From assembly GCA_964503315.1 (NCBI GenBank), contig CAZCZL010000005.1, positions 5,335-69,334 of the forward strand: a DNA stretch of 64,000 nt, written 5' to 3'. Shown one piece after another: positions 9,713-18,242 of the stretch (the stretch's first letter is position 1; each line of letters opens with the position of its first letter). Position numbers and translations under genes: made by a program. The notes beneath the pieces are model-generated. The model worked only from the letters and a program-made list of their open reading frames with translations, made no database searches and was not told the DNA's origin. This DNA is from an uncultured Ignavibacteriales bacterium. GTDB lineage: Bacteria > Zixibacteria > MSB-5A5 > GN15 > FEB-12.

Positions 9713-9734
9713 ATTGGGGGATGGTTTGTGAAGG

Positions 9735-9786
9735 CCCTCACCCGCCCCCGCGAAGGCGGGGGCACCCTCTCCCGGGGGGAGAGGGG
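9735..9786. repeat. REP-like structured intergenic element, family A (CCCTCACCCGCC ... CCCTCTCCC-loop-GGAGAGGGGAAA)
   Basis: ccctcacccgcccccgcgaaggcgggggcaccctctcccggggggagaggggaaa. It contains two GC-rich hairpins. A near-identical copy lies at 58437-58486. Confidence 0.7.
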
Positions 9787-9868
9787 AAAAAGAAAGAGCG
9801 AAGAGCGAAGTGGGGTGTGAGGGGATGGGTCAGGAGTCCGCGACAGCCTTTGCGCAGAAAACGTCCGC

Positions 9869-9946
9869 GTCTGCCCGTCTTCGTCACAGTGATCCGGGCA
9901 GACCGTAAGGTGTGCCGCGCAGGTTTGGAGGTGTGCCGCGCAGATC
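9869..9946. repeat. REP-like element, family B (GTCTGCCCG/CGGGCAGAC stem plus 2x GGTGTGCCGCGCAG at 21-nt period)
   Basis: A 9-bp inverted repeat gtctgcccg (9869-9877) / cgggcagac (9895-9903), then aggtgtgccgcgcag twice. It shares CGGGCAGAC and TGCCGCGCAGAT with 21472-21566. Confidence 0.65.
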
Positions 9947-9947
9947 T

Positions 9948-9985
9948 GATTTCTCCTTCGCCCTTTGGGAGAAGGTGTCGGCCTT
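9948..9985. repeat. family A-related hairpin (TTCTCC-loop-GGAGAAGGTG)
   Basis: ttctccttcgccctttgggagaaggtg. The reverse complement of 48897-48925 contains the related cccttctcccttggggagaaggtg. Confidence 0.45.
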
Positions 9986-10014
9986 GGGCGGACGGATGAG
10001 GGGCTGTTTTTTAC

Positions 10015-10042
10015 TTGTATAAATCGGCTAAGTCGTTATATT
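10015..10042 (+). promoter_or_regulatory. candidate sigma-70 promoter (TTGTAT-16-TATATT)
   Basis: -35-like ttgtat at 10015-10020, a 16-nt spacer, and -10 tatatt at 10037-10042. The leader to ATG10290 would be about 240 nt. Confidence 0.35.
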
Positions 10043-10289
10043 GTAGTCTGTACGGCCCTCGCATACAGTCGCCACCGACTTTGTATCTGACCTCAGTTCG
10101 ACCGTACTGACAACGGCGAATCCCTCATCTGTATGCCCCGGCTGTTCGATGATACTTGCATCCCTGGCGCGAACTTTTTGCGGCAGGTCCATGTTCATTC
10201 ATTACGCAAAGAAACAGATGGTCCGCGGAGAATCCGCCGATACAATCAAGGAACTTATGTCACACGCCAACCTGTATAGGAAAGCACTG

Positions 10290-12680
10290 ATGAGCACTTC
10301 GTTACGATCGCTCGCCGCACTATTGCTCAGCGCAGGGCTGCTGTTGATCGCGGTGCAGGGCGCGTCCGCCGTCTCTACCCAGGGACAGTCGCTGCCGAAA
10401 CCGACGATGCTGAAGGGGAAGGTCACTGTTCAATTCACCGAGGATGTTATCCCGTCGCGGATAGTCAACGGGTTTGGACGGGTCTCGGTGGGGGTCGCGT
10501 CACTGGACAATGTGCTCGCCACGGTGAACGCGAGTTCAGCCGAGGCGATCTTTGTCGACGCGAAGAAGCCGGAAGCCGGATCCGACAAGAAGGATCTCAC
10601 CGGATTCTATGAGTTGACCATCCCGGAGGACGCGGATGTATTCGCGACGGTGCGCGAATTGCTGCAGAACCCGAATGTCAAGCTGGCCGAACCGGTTTGG
10701 CTCTACTATATAGACATTTCCACGCCGAATGATCCGCAGTACGCGAGTCAGTACCAGATGTCGCCGCCCGGTCCCGACCCACAGCCGTACAACGCATGGG
10801 ATCTGGAGCGTGGCTCAGACTCCATCAAGATCGCCATCATCGATACCGGTGTACTCTACAACCATCCTGACCTGACCGGCAATATCTGGGTCAACCCGGG
10901 TGAGGATATAGATGGAGATATGGCGGTCTGGGATCCGGGCGACATGAACGGGATCGATGATGACGGGAATGGATTCATCGATGATCTGGTCGGCTGGGAT
11001 TTCGTGAACGCGATGAGTTCGGTCTGGCCGGGTGAAGATGGGGTCACTCGCGACAATAATCCGAGCGACCACAATGGTCACGGCACGCATTGCGCGGGGA
11101 TCTCCGCCGCGATGACGAATAACGGAACCAACGTGACCGGCGTGGCCGGTGGCTGGTTCGGCGGACACCGTTCGTCACGCGGTTGCCGCATCATGTGCAT
11201 CCGCGCCGGTGGGACGACAGCCGCCGGATTGGGTGAACTCAATTCCAACGATCTCGCCGCGGCCGTGAATTACGCCGCGAATAATGGCGCGCACGTCATT
11301 AATGGGAGTTGGGGTGGCGGGTCTTTCAGCTCCGCGCTCAATTCCGCCATGTTCAATGCTGTTTCGGCGGGTGTGTCGTTCATTCACTCCGCTGGAAACG
11401 ACAATGTTGATGTTGAAGGATGGCACGACCAGGTGCCCGGTGTGGTGACTGTTGCCGCGACCAACAACGCCGACCAGAAGTGGGTCTGGAGCTCGTCACA
11501 GGGTTCCAACTACGGGACCTGGATAACCGTCAGCGCGCCCGGACAGAATATTCTCTCGACCGTGTCGAATTCCTATTCTCCCAGTACGGCGATATATACG
11601 GGTACGTCCATGGCCGCGCCGTATGTGGCGGGGTTGAACGCGCTGATACGGTCGATGATGCCGTCGCTGACGCGCGCGCAGGTTGATTCGATCATTACGG
11701 TGACGACTGACAATATTGACGCGCAGAATCCATCGTATGTCGGATTGCTCGGCACCGGTCGCGTGAACGCGTTCACGGCGCTCTCCGGTCTGGCGAACGC
11801 CAAGTTCACCTCGAACGTGACCGACGCGAATGTTCCGTTCACGGTTAACTTCACCGATCAGTCGCCGAACTCGCCAAGCGCGTGGGATTGGTCGTTCGGC
11901 GATGGCGGTACTTCGACCGACCAGAATCCTTCGCACGCGTACAACATCCCCGGGGTTTACGATGTTTCGCTGAAGATCACGGAGGCAAATGGGCTCGGCG
12001 AAGAGCATCTGAATAATTACATTTGGGCGCGCGCGGATACGATCAAGATCGATTCGCTTATCGTTGACCCGGGGACCAAGCCGGTCTTTACGGTTCGTCT
12101 GGCGAACACGGCGCAAGTCAAGACGATGATGCTGCCGTTCTCCGCGTTCAATGACCAGGGGATCACGCTGGATTCATTCTCGGTGGTCGGCACCCGTTGC
12201 GCGGCCTTCGAGCAAGTGGCGTTGGATGGCGGCGATGGAATGACGACCTTCGGCATCGACCTTCGACCGACGCTCACCGGCACACCGAACTACATGACGG
12301 TCGGCAGCGGTACGATCGTAAAGCTGTATTTCAATATACCTTCCACGGCGGCCAAGGGGACGGTGGTGACGATCGATACGTTGTCGTTGGGATTGGGTGG
12401 TTCGAAGAAGCCAAAGATCGCGGCGACGCTGGCGGATTACTGGCCGGTATTTAAGCCGGGGAAGATCGTGGTTCGGCCATGTATGCGGGGCAAGATGTTC
12501 TGCGGGCCGGGGCTCCCTGACCTGACGGATCTCAGTATATTGATCTCCTACCTGACGACCACGAGTCCGGTGCCGGATCCGTATGGTGGCAATGTGAACG
12601 GGGTTGGCAATATTGACATTTCCGACCTTTCTTACTTGATCGCCTATCTGGTTGCCGGGGGGAACCCACCGCCGAATTGA
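10290..12680 (+). CDS. secreted subtilisin-family (S8) serine peptidase with PKD domain and C-terminal dockerin-like module
   Basis: Asp/His/Ser triad motifs IAIIDTGV, HGTHCAGI and GTSMAAPYVAG. PKD-like FTVNFTDQSPNSPSAWDWSFGDGGTSTDQNPSHAYNIPGVYDVSLKI (about 11802-11995). Start at ATG10290 gives signal peptide MSTSLRSLAALLLSAGLLLIAVQGASA with an AGGAAA SD. Confidence 0.9.
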   Translation: MSTSLRSLAALLLSAGLLLIAVQGASAVSTQGQSLPKPTMLKGKVTVQFTEDVIPSRIVNGFGRVSVGVASLDNVLATVNASSAEAIFVDAKKPEAGSDKKDLTGFYELTIPEDADVFATVRELLQNPNVKLAEPVWLYYIDISTPNDPQYASQYQMSPPGPDPQPYNAWDLERGSDSIKIAIIDTGVLYNHPDLTGNIWVNPGEDIDGDMAVWDPGDMNGIDDDGNGFIDDLVGWDFVNAMSSVWPGEDGVTRDNNPSDHNGHGTHCAGISAAMTNNGTNVTGVAGGWFGGHRSSRGCRIMCIRAGGTTAAGLGELNSNDLAAAVNYAANNGAHVINGSWGGGSFSSALNSAMFNAVSAGVSFIHSAGNDNVDVEGWHDQVPGVVTVAATNNADQKWVWSSSQGSNYGTWITVSAPGQNILSTVSNSYSPSTAIYTGTSMAAPYVAGLNALIRSMMPSLTRAQVDSIITVTTDNIDAQNPSYVGLLGTGRVNAFTALSGLANAKFTSNVTDANVPFTVNFTDQSPNSPSAWDWSFGDGGTSTDQNPSHAYNIPGVYDVSLKITEANGLGEEHLNNYIWARADTIKIDSLIVDPGTKPVFTVRLANTAQVKTMMLPFSAFNDQGITLDSFSVVGTRCAAFEQVALDGGDGMTTFGIDLRPTLTGTPNYMTVGSGTIVKLYFNIPSTAAKGTVVTIDTLSLGLGGSKKPKIAATLADYWPVFKPGKIVVRPCMRGKMFCGPGLPDLTDLSILISYLTTTSPVPDPYGGNVNGVGNIDISDLSYLIAYLVAGGNPPPN
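12501..12677 (+). other. dockerin-like module
   Basis: CGPGLPDLTDLSILISYLTTTSPVPDPYGGNVNGVGNIDISDLSYLIAYLVAGG. The second loop, NVNGVGNIDISD, is EF-hand-like; the first loop is truncated. Confidence 0.6.
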
Positions 12681-12705
12681 GCTGTTGAAGCATAAAGAAC
12701 GGTCC

Positions 12706-12741
12706 ATAGCGGGGTTGTAAATCCAACCCCGCTATTATTTT
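12706..12741 (+). terminator. rho-independent terminator
   Basis: 12-bp perfect stem atagcggggttg / caaccccgctat, 6-nt loop, T-rich tail tattttat. Confidence 0.75.
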
Positions 12742-12764
12742 ATGAGAAAAGGCAGACTTTTTTA

Positions 12765-12794
12765 TTGACGCCGGACTTTGGGGGGTGTTATAGT
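12765..12794 (+). promoter_or_regulatory. candidate sigma-70 promoter with extended -10 (TTGACG-18-TGtTATAGT)
   Basis: ttgacg at 12765-12770 and tatagt at 12789-12794, preceded by tgt. The leader to ATG13005 would be about 200 nt. Confidence 0.4.
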
Positions 12795-13004
12795 TGTGTA
12801 CTTTCTAAAATCTGCCCTAATGTGAAGTGGCATAACACAAACCTCACAGGGAGGTGTAGCAGAACATAGTTTGTTAATGTCTTTGATTTTGTTCCGCGAT
12901 TTCACGGATGGACACGTCGATGGAGTATCGACGGTTGATGGCGCGGCCAAGGTGGCCGCATACTTTGATAACATGTGTGTGGATAATAAAGGTAGGAGTA
13001 TCAA

Positions 13005-13979
13005 ATGAAGCGATCAATTCTGTTCGTGCTTCTGTTCGCCGTTCTGGCGATCGTGGCGGGTTCGAACAGCTACGCGCAGTCGCACGTCGTTAAGATCGAT
13101 ACGATCAAGAACACCCAGTACGCGAACGAGATTCAGGAAGGGCAGAACCCCCGGTTCCTTTTCCGAATCACTAATAACACCGCCAACTACTATGATGTGA
13201 GTTTGGGGGTCAAGTTCACCTCCCCTGATGGCGCCGCGTGGGACAGCATCACGACCGACTCGGTCGGGCCGTTCAATATCGACGGCGAGTGCATCTGGGG
13301 TCTTCGTTGGAACCAGGTGTTTGCGTTTGACGAAGGGAACAATGGATCAGGCGCTGGCAGCGACACGGCCGGATTCCTCGGCGCCGGCAGCCCGACTTCC
13401 GCTTCCCGGCAGTTGGCTCCCAACTACAATGATACGATGATGGCGGTGACCGTCTGGTTGAATGGCACCAGCAACCATGGCAAGCATATCTGCGTTGATT
13501 CAGCCGTCGCTCAGGATGCGCTGTGGACGTGGAAATGGGTGGAGCGCGGTACGTTCGCTGACATATTCCCGACGTTCGAGTCCTATGGCGGCATTACGTA
13601 TGAACCGTCCGGCACCGGTGCCGATCGTATCGGCTCGGGTTACTGCTTCATGGTTCGCGACCCGCTCGTAGGCGTGGACGAGAATGAAGGACTGCTCCCG
13701 AAGGAATTCACGGTCAGCAAGAACTATCCGAACCCGTTCAACCCGTCCACCACGATCGACTACTCCGTGCCGCGGAAGTCGAAAGTGAACCTCTCCGTGT
13801 ACAACGTGCTCGGTCAGAAGGTGGCGACGCTGGTGAATACCGAGATGGCTGCCGGCAAGTACCGCGCCGTCTGGGATGGTAAGGCCGACAACGGCTCGAC
13901 TCTCTCCTCGGGTATCTATTTCTACAAGTTTGAAGCTGACAACTTCGTTAAGACCTCTAAAATGGTCATGCTGAAGTAG
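13005..13979 (+). CDS. secreted protein of unknown function with T9SS type-A C-terminal sorting domain
   Basis: AGGAG SD. Signal peptide MKRSILFVLLFAVLAIVAGSNSYAQ. The C-terminus KNYPNPFNPSTTIDYSVPRKSKVNLSVYNVLGQKVATL...GIYFYKFEADNFVKTSKMVMLK is the typical Por-secretion-tail pattern. Confidence 0.85.
   Translation: MKRSILFVLLFAVLAIVAGSNSYAQSHVVKIDTIKNTQYANEIQEGQNPRFLFRITNNTANYYDVSLGVKFTSPDGAAWDSITTDSVGPFNIDGECIWGLRWNQVFAFDEGNNGSGAGSDTAGFLGAGSPTSASRQLAPNYNDTMMAVTVWLNGTSNHGKHICVDSAVAQDALWTWKWVERGTFADIFPTFESYGGITYEPSGTGADRIGSGYCFMVRDPLVGVDENEGLLPKEFTVSKNYPNPFNPSTTIDYSVPRKSKVNLSVYNVLGQKVATLVNTEMAAGKYRAVWDGKADNGSTLSSGIYFYKFEADNFVKTSKMVMLK
13719..13976 (+). other. T9SS C-terminal sorting domain (Por_Secre_tail type)
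   Basis: NYPNPFNP...Y.V.G..V...........W......SGIYFY.......T.KM.L.K signature. Confidence 0.8.
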
Positions 13980-13998
13980 TCAAATCCTTGAAGACTTA

Positions 13999-14030
13999 AA
14001 CCCCTCCGGCTTTGGCCGGAGGGGTTTTTT
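13999..14030 (+). terminator. rho-independent terminator
   Basis: aacccctccggc-tttg-gccggaggggtt, a 12-bp stem followed by TTTTTT. Confidence 0.85.
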
Positions 14031-14100
14031 GTTGACGGCTTGGCCAAAAGGTGATTGCGCCGATTAACGTGTTGTGGCGCAATATCTTAAATGATTCTCC

Positions 14101-14129
14101 TTGACAATCTTCGGGGGATATGTTAGGCT
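14101..14129 (+). promoter_or_regulatory. candidate sigma-70 promoter (TTGACA-17-TGtTAGGCT)
   Basis: Perfect -35 at 14101-14106. The -10 taggct is weak but has an extended TG. An 8-bp inverted repeat attgcgcc(14054-61)/ggcgcaat(14076-83) lies just upstream. Confidence 0.3.
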
Positions 14130-14184
14130 ACTATTTCAATGGCCCATGCCGCAAGTTATAACTAATTGATAGACAAGGTTTTAT

Positions 14185-16368
14185 ATGTTAGGAGTCATCG
14201 GGAATCGATTCTCCATTGGTAAAGAAACGTATCAGCCCTTCTCAGCCGAACTTCACTATTTCCGGATCGACAAGAGATACTGGTCAATCTGCTTTGAGCG
14301 CATCAAGCGCGCGGGATTTCGGATCATCTCCACCGCCGTGCCGTGGAACTTGCATCAGGATGACAGCAAGTACATCGATTTCAACGGCTACAATGATCCC
14401 CGTCGCGACCTGATCGTCTTTCTGGAACTGGCGCGCGAGTTCGCTTTCAAGGTAGTGCTTCGTCCAGGACCGTGGATCAATGGTCAGCTCCCCAATGGAG
14501 GCTTGCCGAATTTCCTGTTTCAGGATATCCGTCTCCTCGCCCGCGATTCACAGGGAAATGAACTGAAGTTGCCGTCGACCTTCGGTGTCCAGGGCGGATA
14601 TTTGCCGAGCTATCTGCATCCGAATTTCCAGTTTCACCTGAAGAACTATTTCAAGTCATTCATCGAGACGACCAAAAACTACGTTCATCCGCGCGGCCCG
14701 GTTTTCATGGTCGAGCTGGATTATGAGACCTCGTTCGGTCGCATGCTCGATCCGGACAAAGCGGATTACAATCCGGATCTTATCGCGAAATATTACCCGC
14801 CGTTCCTGGATGGCCTCTATCAGGGGGATATCAAGAAACTCGCGACCCGGTACAAAGAAAAGCACAGCTCGTTTGAGTCGGTCGAGCCGCCTAAGAAATT
14901 CGCCGGGTTGGATATCGAAGACTACCCCAAAGTACTGGATTGGATGAAATTCCGTGAGTACACCCTCAACACCTATCTGGAGGTGATGGAGGATCTCTTC
15001 AAGTCGTACACGGTGGAGCCGCTGTTTTTCCGTTCGCTCTATTTCAACGCGGGCGAACTGCTGCCAGCGTTTAATCTGGTGCCGGAGGATCGAGCGCCAT
15101 TTTTGGGCGCGAATGTCTTCCCTGAGGGGAATTATTTCGACCTGGCGAACAAAGCCCGCTTCCTGAAGGCAGAATACGGTTTCGCGTTTGCGTCGTCGTT
15201 CTCATCGGGTGGGGCGTCGGCTATGCCGAATCGTGACCGCGAACTAAAACCGATCACCGATAATATCCGCCGGTTTTACTATGCGGCAGGCGCCGCGGCC
15301 GGATTCAAAGGGCTCAATCACTATATGTTTGTCGATCGCGACTACTGGTATGGCGCGCCGCTGCACCAGGATGGAACGGTCGGCGACGGCTACGAAGTCG
15401 CGAAGAATTTCAACAACGCGATCACGACGCTCGGTTTCGATGAGATGGAATCGAAGAACGATGTCTGCGTGGTGGCCAATCGACTCTACTACATGCTTCG
15501 TCGCACCTCGAGTGAGAAAGAATTCACATACTTGCCGCGGTTGGTCGATGAATCGATGACCGGATTCTGCCGCGACCTGATGCGTCTCAAGATACATTAC
15601 GGTATTCGCGAGAATCGTGACTGGAACGCACTCAAAGAATACAAGATGGTCTTTGTGCCGACCGCCGAAGTGATGTCCGAGAAGGATCAGGAAGGGCTGG
15701 TTGATCTGGCCAAAGCCGGTGTGACCGTTGTCCTGTGCGGTTTGATGCCGAAGTACGACGAGAATCTGAAAGAGTGCCATGTCCTCGCCAATCATTTCCG
15801 TATCAAAACCACGACCGATTATCATATCGGATCGGTAACACACAAAAACGGCACGTTCCCAACGTACATCTATGGCTCAATCCGTCCGCCGGAGGACGGC
15901 AGAGTTAAGAAACTGGCGACCGAGGGGCAAAAGGTCATCGCCGTCAGTACCAATCGCTTCAAAGGGATGATGTATCTCTTCACGTTTGATTTCGCTTCGG
16001 GCGGAAATCACCAGAAGCTGGCGTTTGTCGAGTCAATCCTGTCCGGCGAGAATATCAACAGCCATCTCTACTCGTCCGATCCGTCGGTTGATGTCGCTTT
16101 CCAGATGGGTGAAAAGAAGGGAATGCTTTTTGTCGTGGTCCCGCCACCGGGTGAACTGTCCGACAGTTTTGAGGCGCGCGAGAAAGAGGTCATCATTCGC
16201 GCTGATCTGAAAGAACTTGGTTTCTCCGCGGCCAATCTGAAACTTACCAATATCCTGGCCGGTGAAGGGGCCGAGGCGATCAAGACCTCCGCGAAAGATC
16301 TCAAGGAAGGAATGCCGATCAAGGTGATGTATCCTGACGGCGTCATTTTCCTCGTCGAGAAACGTTAA
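14185..16368 (+). CDS. glycoside hydrolase family 35-like protein (beta-galactosidase fold), cytoplasmic
   Basis: The N-terminal TIM-barrel pattern FSAELHYFRI..YW...ERIKRAGFRIISTAVPWNLHQ...VVLRPGPWINGQLPNGGLPNFL resembles the GH35 signature (HYFR, WN.HE, RPGPYI.AEW..GG.P.WL). No signal peptide. Confidence 0.6.
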   Translation: MLGVIGNRFSIGKETYQPFSAELHYFRIDKRYWSICFERIKRAGFRIISTAVPWNLHQDDSKYIDFNGYNDPRRDLIVFLELAREFAFKVVLRPGPWINGQLPNGGLPNFLFQDIRLLARDSQGNELKLPSTFGVQGGYLPSYLHPNFQFHLKNYFKSFIETTKNYVHPRGPVFMVELDYETSFGRMLDPDKADYNPDLIAKYYPPFLDGLYQGDIKKLATRYKEKHSSFESVEPPKKFAGLDIEDYPKVLDWMKFREYTLNTYLEVMEDLFKSYTVEPLFFRSLYFNAGELLPAFNLVPEDRAPFLGANVFPEGNYFDLANKARFLKAEYGFAFASSFSSGGASAMPNRDRELKPITDNIRRFYYAAGAAAGFKGLNHYMFVDRDYWYGAPLHQDGTVGDGYEVAKNFNNAITTLGFDEMESKNDVCVVANRLYYMLRRTSSEKEFTYLPRLVDESMTGFCRDLMRLKIHYGIRENRDWNALKEYKMVFVPTAEVMSEKDQEGLVDLAKAGVTVVLCGLMPKYDENLKECHVLANHFRIKTTTDYHIGSVTHKNGTFPTYIYGSIRPPEDGRVKKLATEGQKVIAVSTNRFKGMMYLFTFDFASGGNHQKLAFVESILSGENINSHLYSSDPSVDVAFQMGEKKGMLFVVVPPPGELSDSFEAREKEVIIRADLKELGFSAANLKLTNILAGEGAEAIKTSAKDLKEGMPIKVMYPDGVIFLVEKR

Positions 16369-16390
16369 CGGCGTATTGTCAGGAGTGACC

Positions 16391-18091
16391 ATGTCGCTTC
16401 AGGCTGACAGACTAGTCAAACGAATCATGTGGGCGATACTCGGTATCGCCCTTTTTCTTGTTCCGGTGTGTGGCTTTGCGGCTGACGAATCCTATCGTCG
16501 TGGCGCAGTGACCACTGCATCACCAGACGCAACTGCCATCGGCGAGCAGATTTTCCGTCAGGGGGGAAACGCGTTTGATGTCGCGGTTGCTGTTGGCTTC
16601 GCGCTGGCGGTCAGTTATCCGGAGGCGGGGAATATTGGCGGCGGTGGATTCGCGCTGATTCGCGACGCTAAGACTGGGGAAATACGCGCGCTTGATTTCC
16701 GCGAAGTCGCTCCTTTGGCCGCGACGGAGATGATGTATCTTGATCCTAATGGAAATGTGATCAAGGATCTCTCCCTGTATGGCGCGAAAGCGGTCGGAGT
16801 ACCCGGGACAGTGGCGGGGTTACACGAACTCTGGAAGCATTACGGCACTCTTAAGTGGAATGAGCTGATACAACCGGCAGTCGACCTTGCTCGACATGGA
16901 TTGGTCATTGATCAGTACATGTCGGGAGCCATTGCCGAGGATGCTGACAATCTAAAGAGATTTCCGTCTACTGCTGAGATCTTCCTGCCGTATGGAAAGC
17001 CACCGTCACCTGGTGACACGCTCCGTCAGGCGGATCTTGCTCGCTCACTCGATCTAATTGCCTTACGTGGCCCGGAGTCGTTCTATCGAGGCGGGATCGC
17101 CGATCAGATAGTGGCGACCATGCAGAAGCACGGCGGATTGATCACTCACGATGATCTTGCCGCGTACAGACCGGTCTGGCGAACTCCAACGCATATCAGA
17201 TTTGACTCGCTGGATATCTACTCCATGCCGCCGCCATCGTCGGGTGGGATAATTGTCGGGCAGATACTGAAGTTACTCGAGCCATACGATTTCTCCGGCA
17301 TGACGCCAACCTCGCCACAATATCTGCATCTGTTCTGTGAAGCATCCAAACTCGCGTATGCCGACCGGTCAATGCACTTGGGCGACCCTGCGTTCTGGCA
17401 GTCACCTGATCTGCTTGACAGCAGTTACCTCGCTCGGCTTCGCGGGAAGATGAATGCGGAGAAAGCGACGCCATCGTCAGAAATCAAACCTGGCGAACCG
17501 CCTCACGAATCGGACCAGACAACACATTACTCAATCTGCGATTCGGCTGGCAACATGGTGGCAGTCACCTACACGCTGAATACCAGCTTTGGCTCATGCC
17601 TGATGGTCGAGGGAGGCGGATTCCTGCTGAATAACGAGATGGATGACTTCTCCGTCAAGCCAGGAGTGCCGAATGTGTATGGATTGATCGGTGGCGAGGC
17701 GAACAAGGTCGAAGCGGGGAAGCGGATGTTGTCATCGATGTCGCCGACTTTGGTGATGAAGGAGAACAAGCCGTACCTGATCCTTGGTTCGCCGGGTGGT
17801 TCGAAGATCATCACAACAGTCGCGGAGGGGATACTGAGTTTCGCGAGATTCCACCGCAGCGCGACAGAGACAGTCGCCACCGCGCGATTCCATCATCAGT
17901 GGGCGCCGGATATTCTCTATCTTGAGGAAGCGAGTTGGGCGGGATCGGTGAGTGAAGATCTGAAAGCGCGCGGATACACGATCAAGAAGATCCCGGCTTG
18001 GTGTAATCTGCAGTTGGTCGCGATCGATAGTTCCGGCACGATGATTCCCGCCTCCGACCCGCGCGGGAATGGAAAAGCGGGTGGGTGGTAG
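16391..18091 (+). CDS. ggt: gamma-glutamyltranspeptidase
   Basis: AGGAG SD 5 nt before ATG16391. Signal/anchor segment. Autoprocessing-site context ESDQTTHYSICDSAGNMVAVTYTLNTSFGS, plus NNEMDDFS and GSPGGSKII motifs. Confidence 0.9.
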   Translation: MSLQADRLVKRIMWAILGIALFLVPVCGFAADESYRRGAVTTASPDATAIGEQIFRQGGNAFDVAVAVGFALAVSYPEAGNIGGGGFALIRDAKTGEIRALDFREVAPLAATEMMYLDPNGNVIKDLSLYGAKAVGVPGTVAGLHELWKHYGTLKWNELIQPAVDLARHGLVIDQYMSGAIAEDADNLKRFPSTAEIFLPYGKPPSPGDTLRQADLARSLDLIALRGPESFYRGGIADQIVATMQKHGGLITHDDLAAYRPVWRTPTHIRFDSLDIYSMPPPSSGGIIVGQILKLLEPYDFSGMTPTSPQYLHLFCEASKLAYADRSMHLGDPAFWQSPDLLDSSYLARLRGKMNAEKATPSSEIKPGEPPHESDQTTHYSICDSAGNMVAVTYTLNTSFGSCLMVEGGGFLLNNEMDDFSVKPGVPNVYGLIGGEANKVEAGKRMLSSMSPTLVMKENKPYLILGSPGGSKIITTVAEGILSFARFHRSATETVATARFHHQWAPDILYLEEASWAGSVSEDLKARGYTIKKIPAWCNLQLVAIDSSGTMIPASDPRGNGKAGGW

Positions 18092-18242
18092 GGGGCGGGC
18101 ACATTCGACAAGCGAGCAGCGGACCGGTCCAGACGAGGTCTGCCTTGTGAAATCCGGCACTTGCTCCGACGGCCGAAATTCCCTACATTATCCCTCCAAA
18201 GTTGGTTGATAAAAGTAGTCTGTTTATAGAGGAGTGTTTCAG

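Noticed and set aside
9670-9999. ORFs running through the intergenic repeats: 9670-9999, 21437-21640, 58317-58571, 58602-58959 and 48792-49088.
   Set aside because: They consist of translated REP-like hairpins (..PSP.GEG.., ..DVCRA.. repeats), lie between terminators and promoters, and have no SD.
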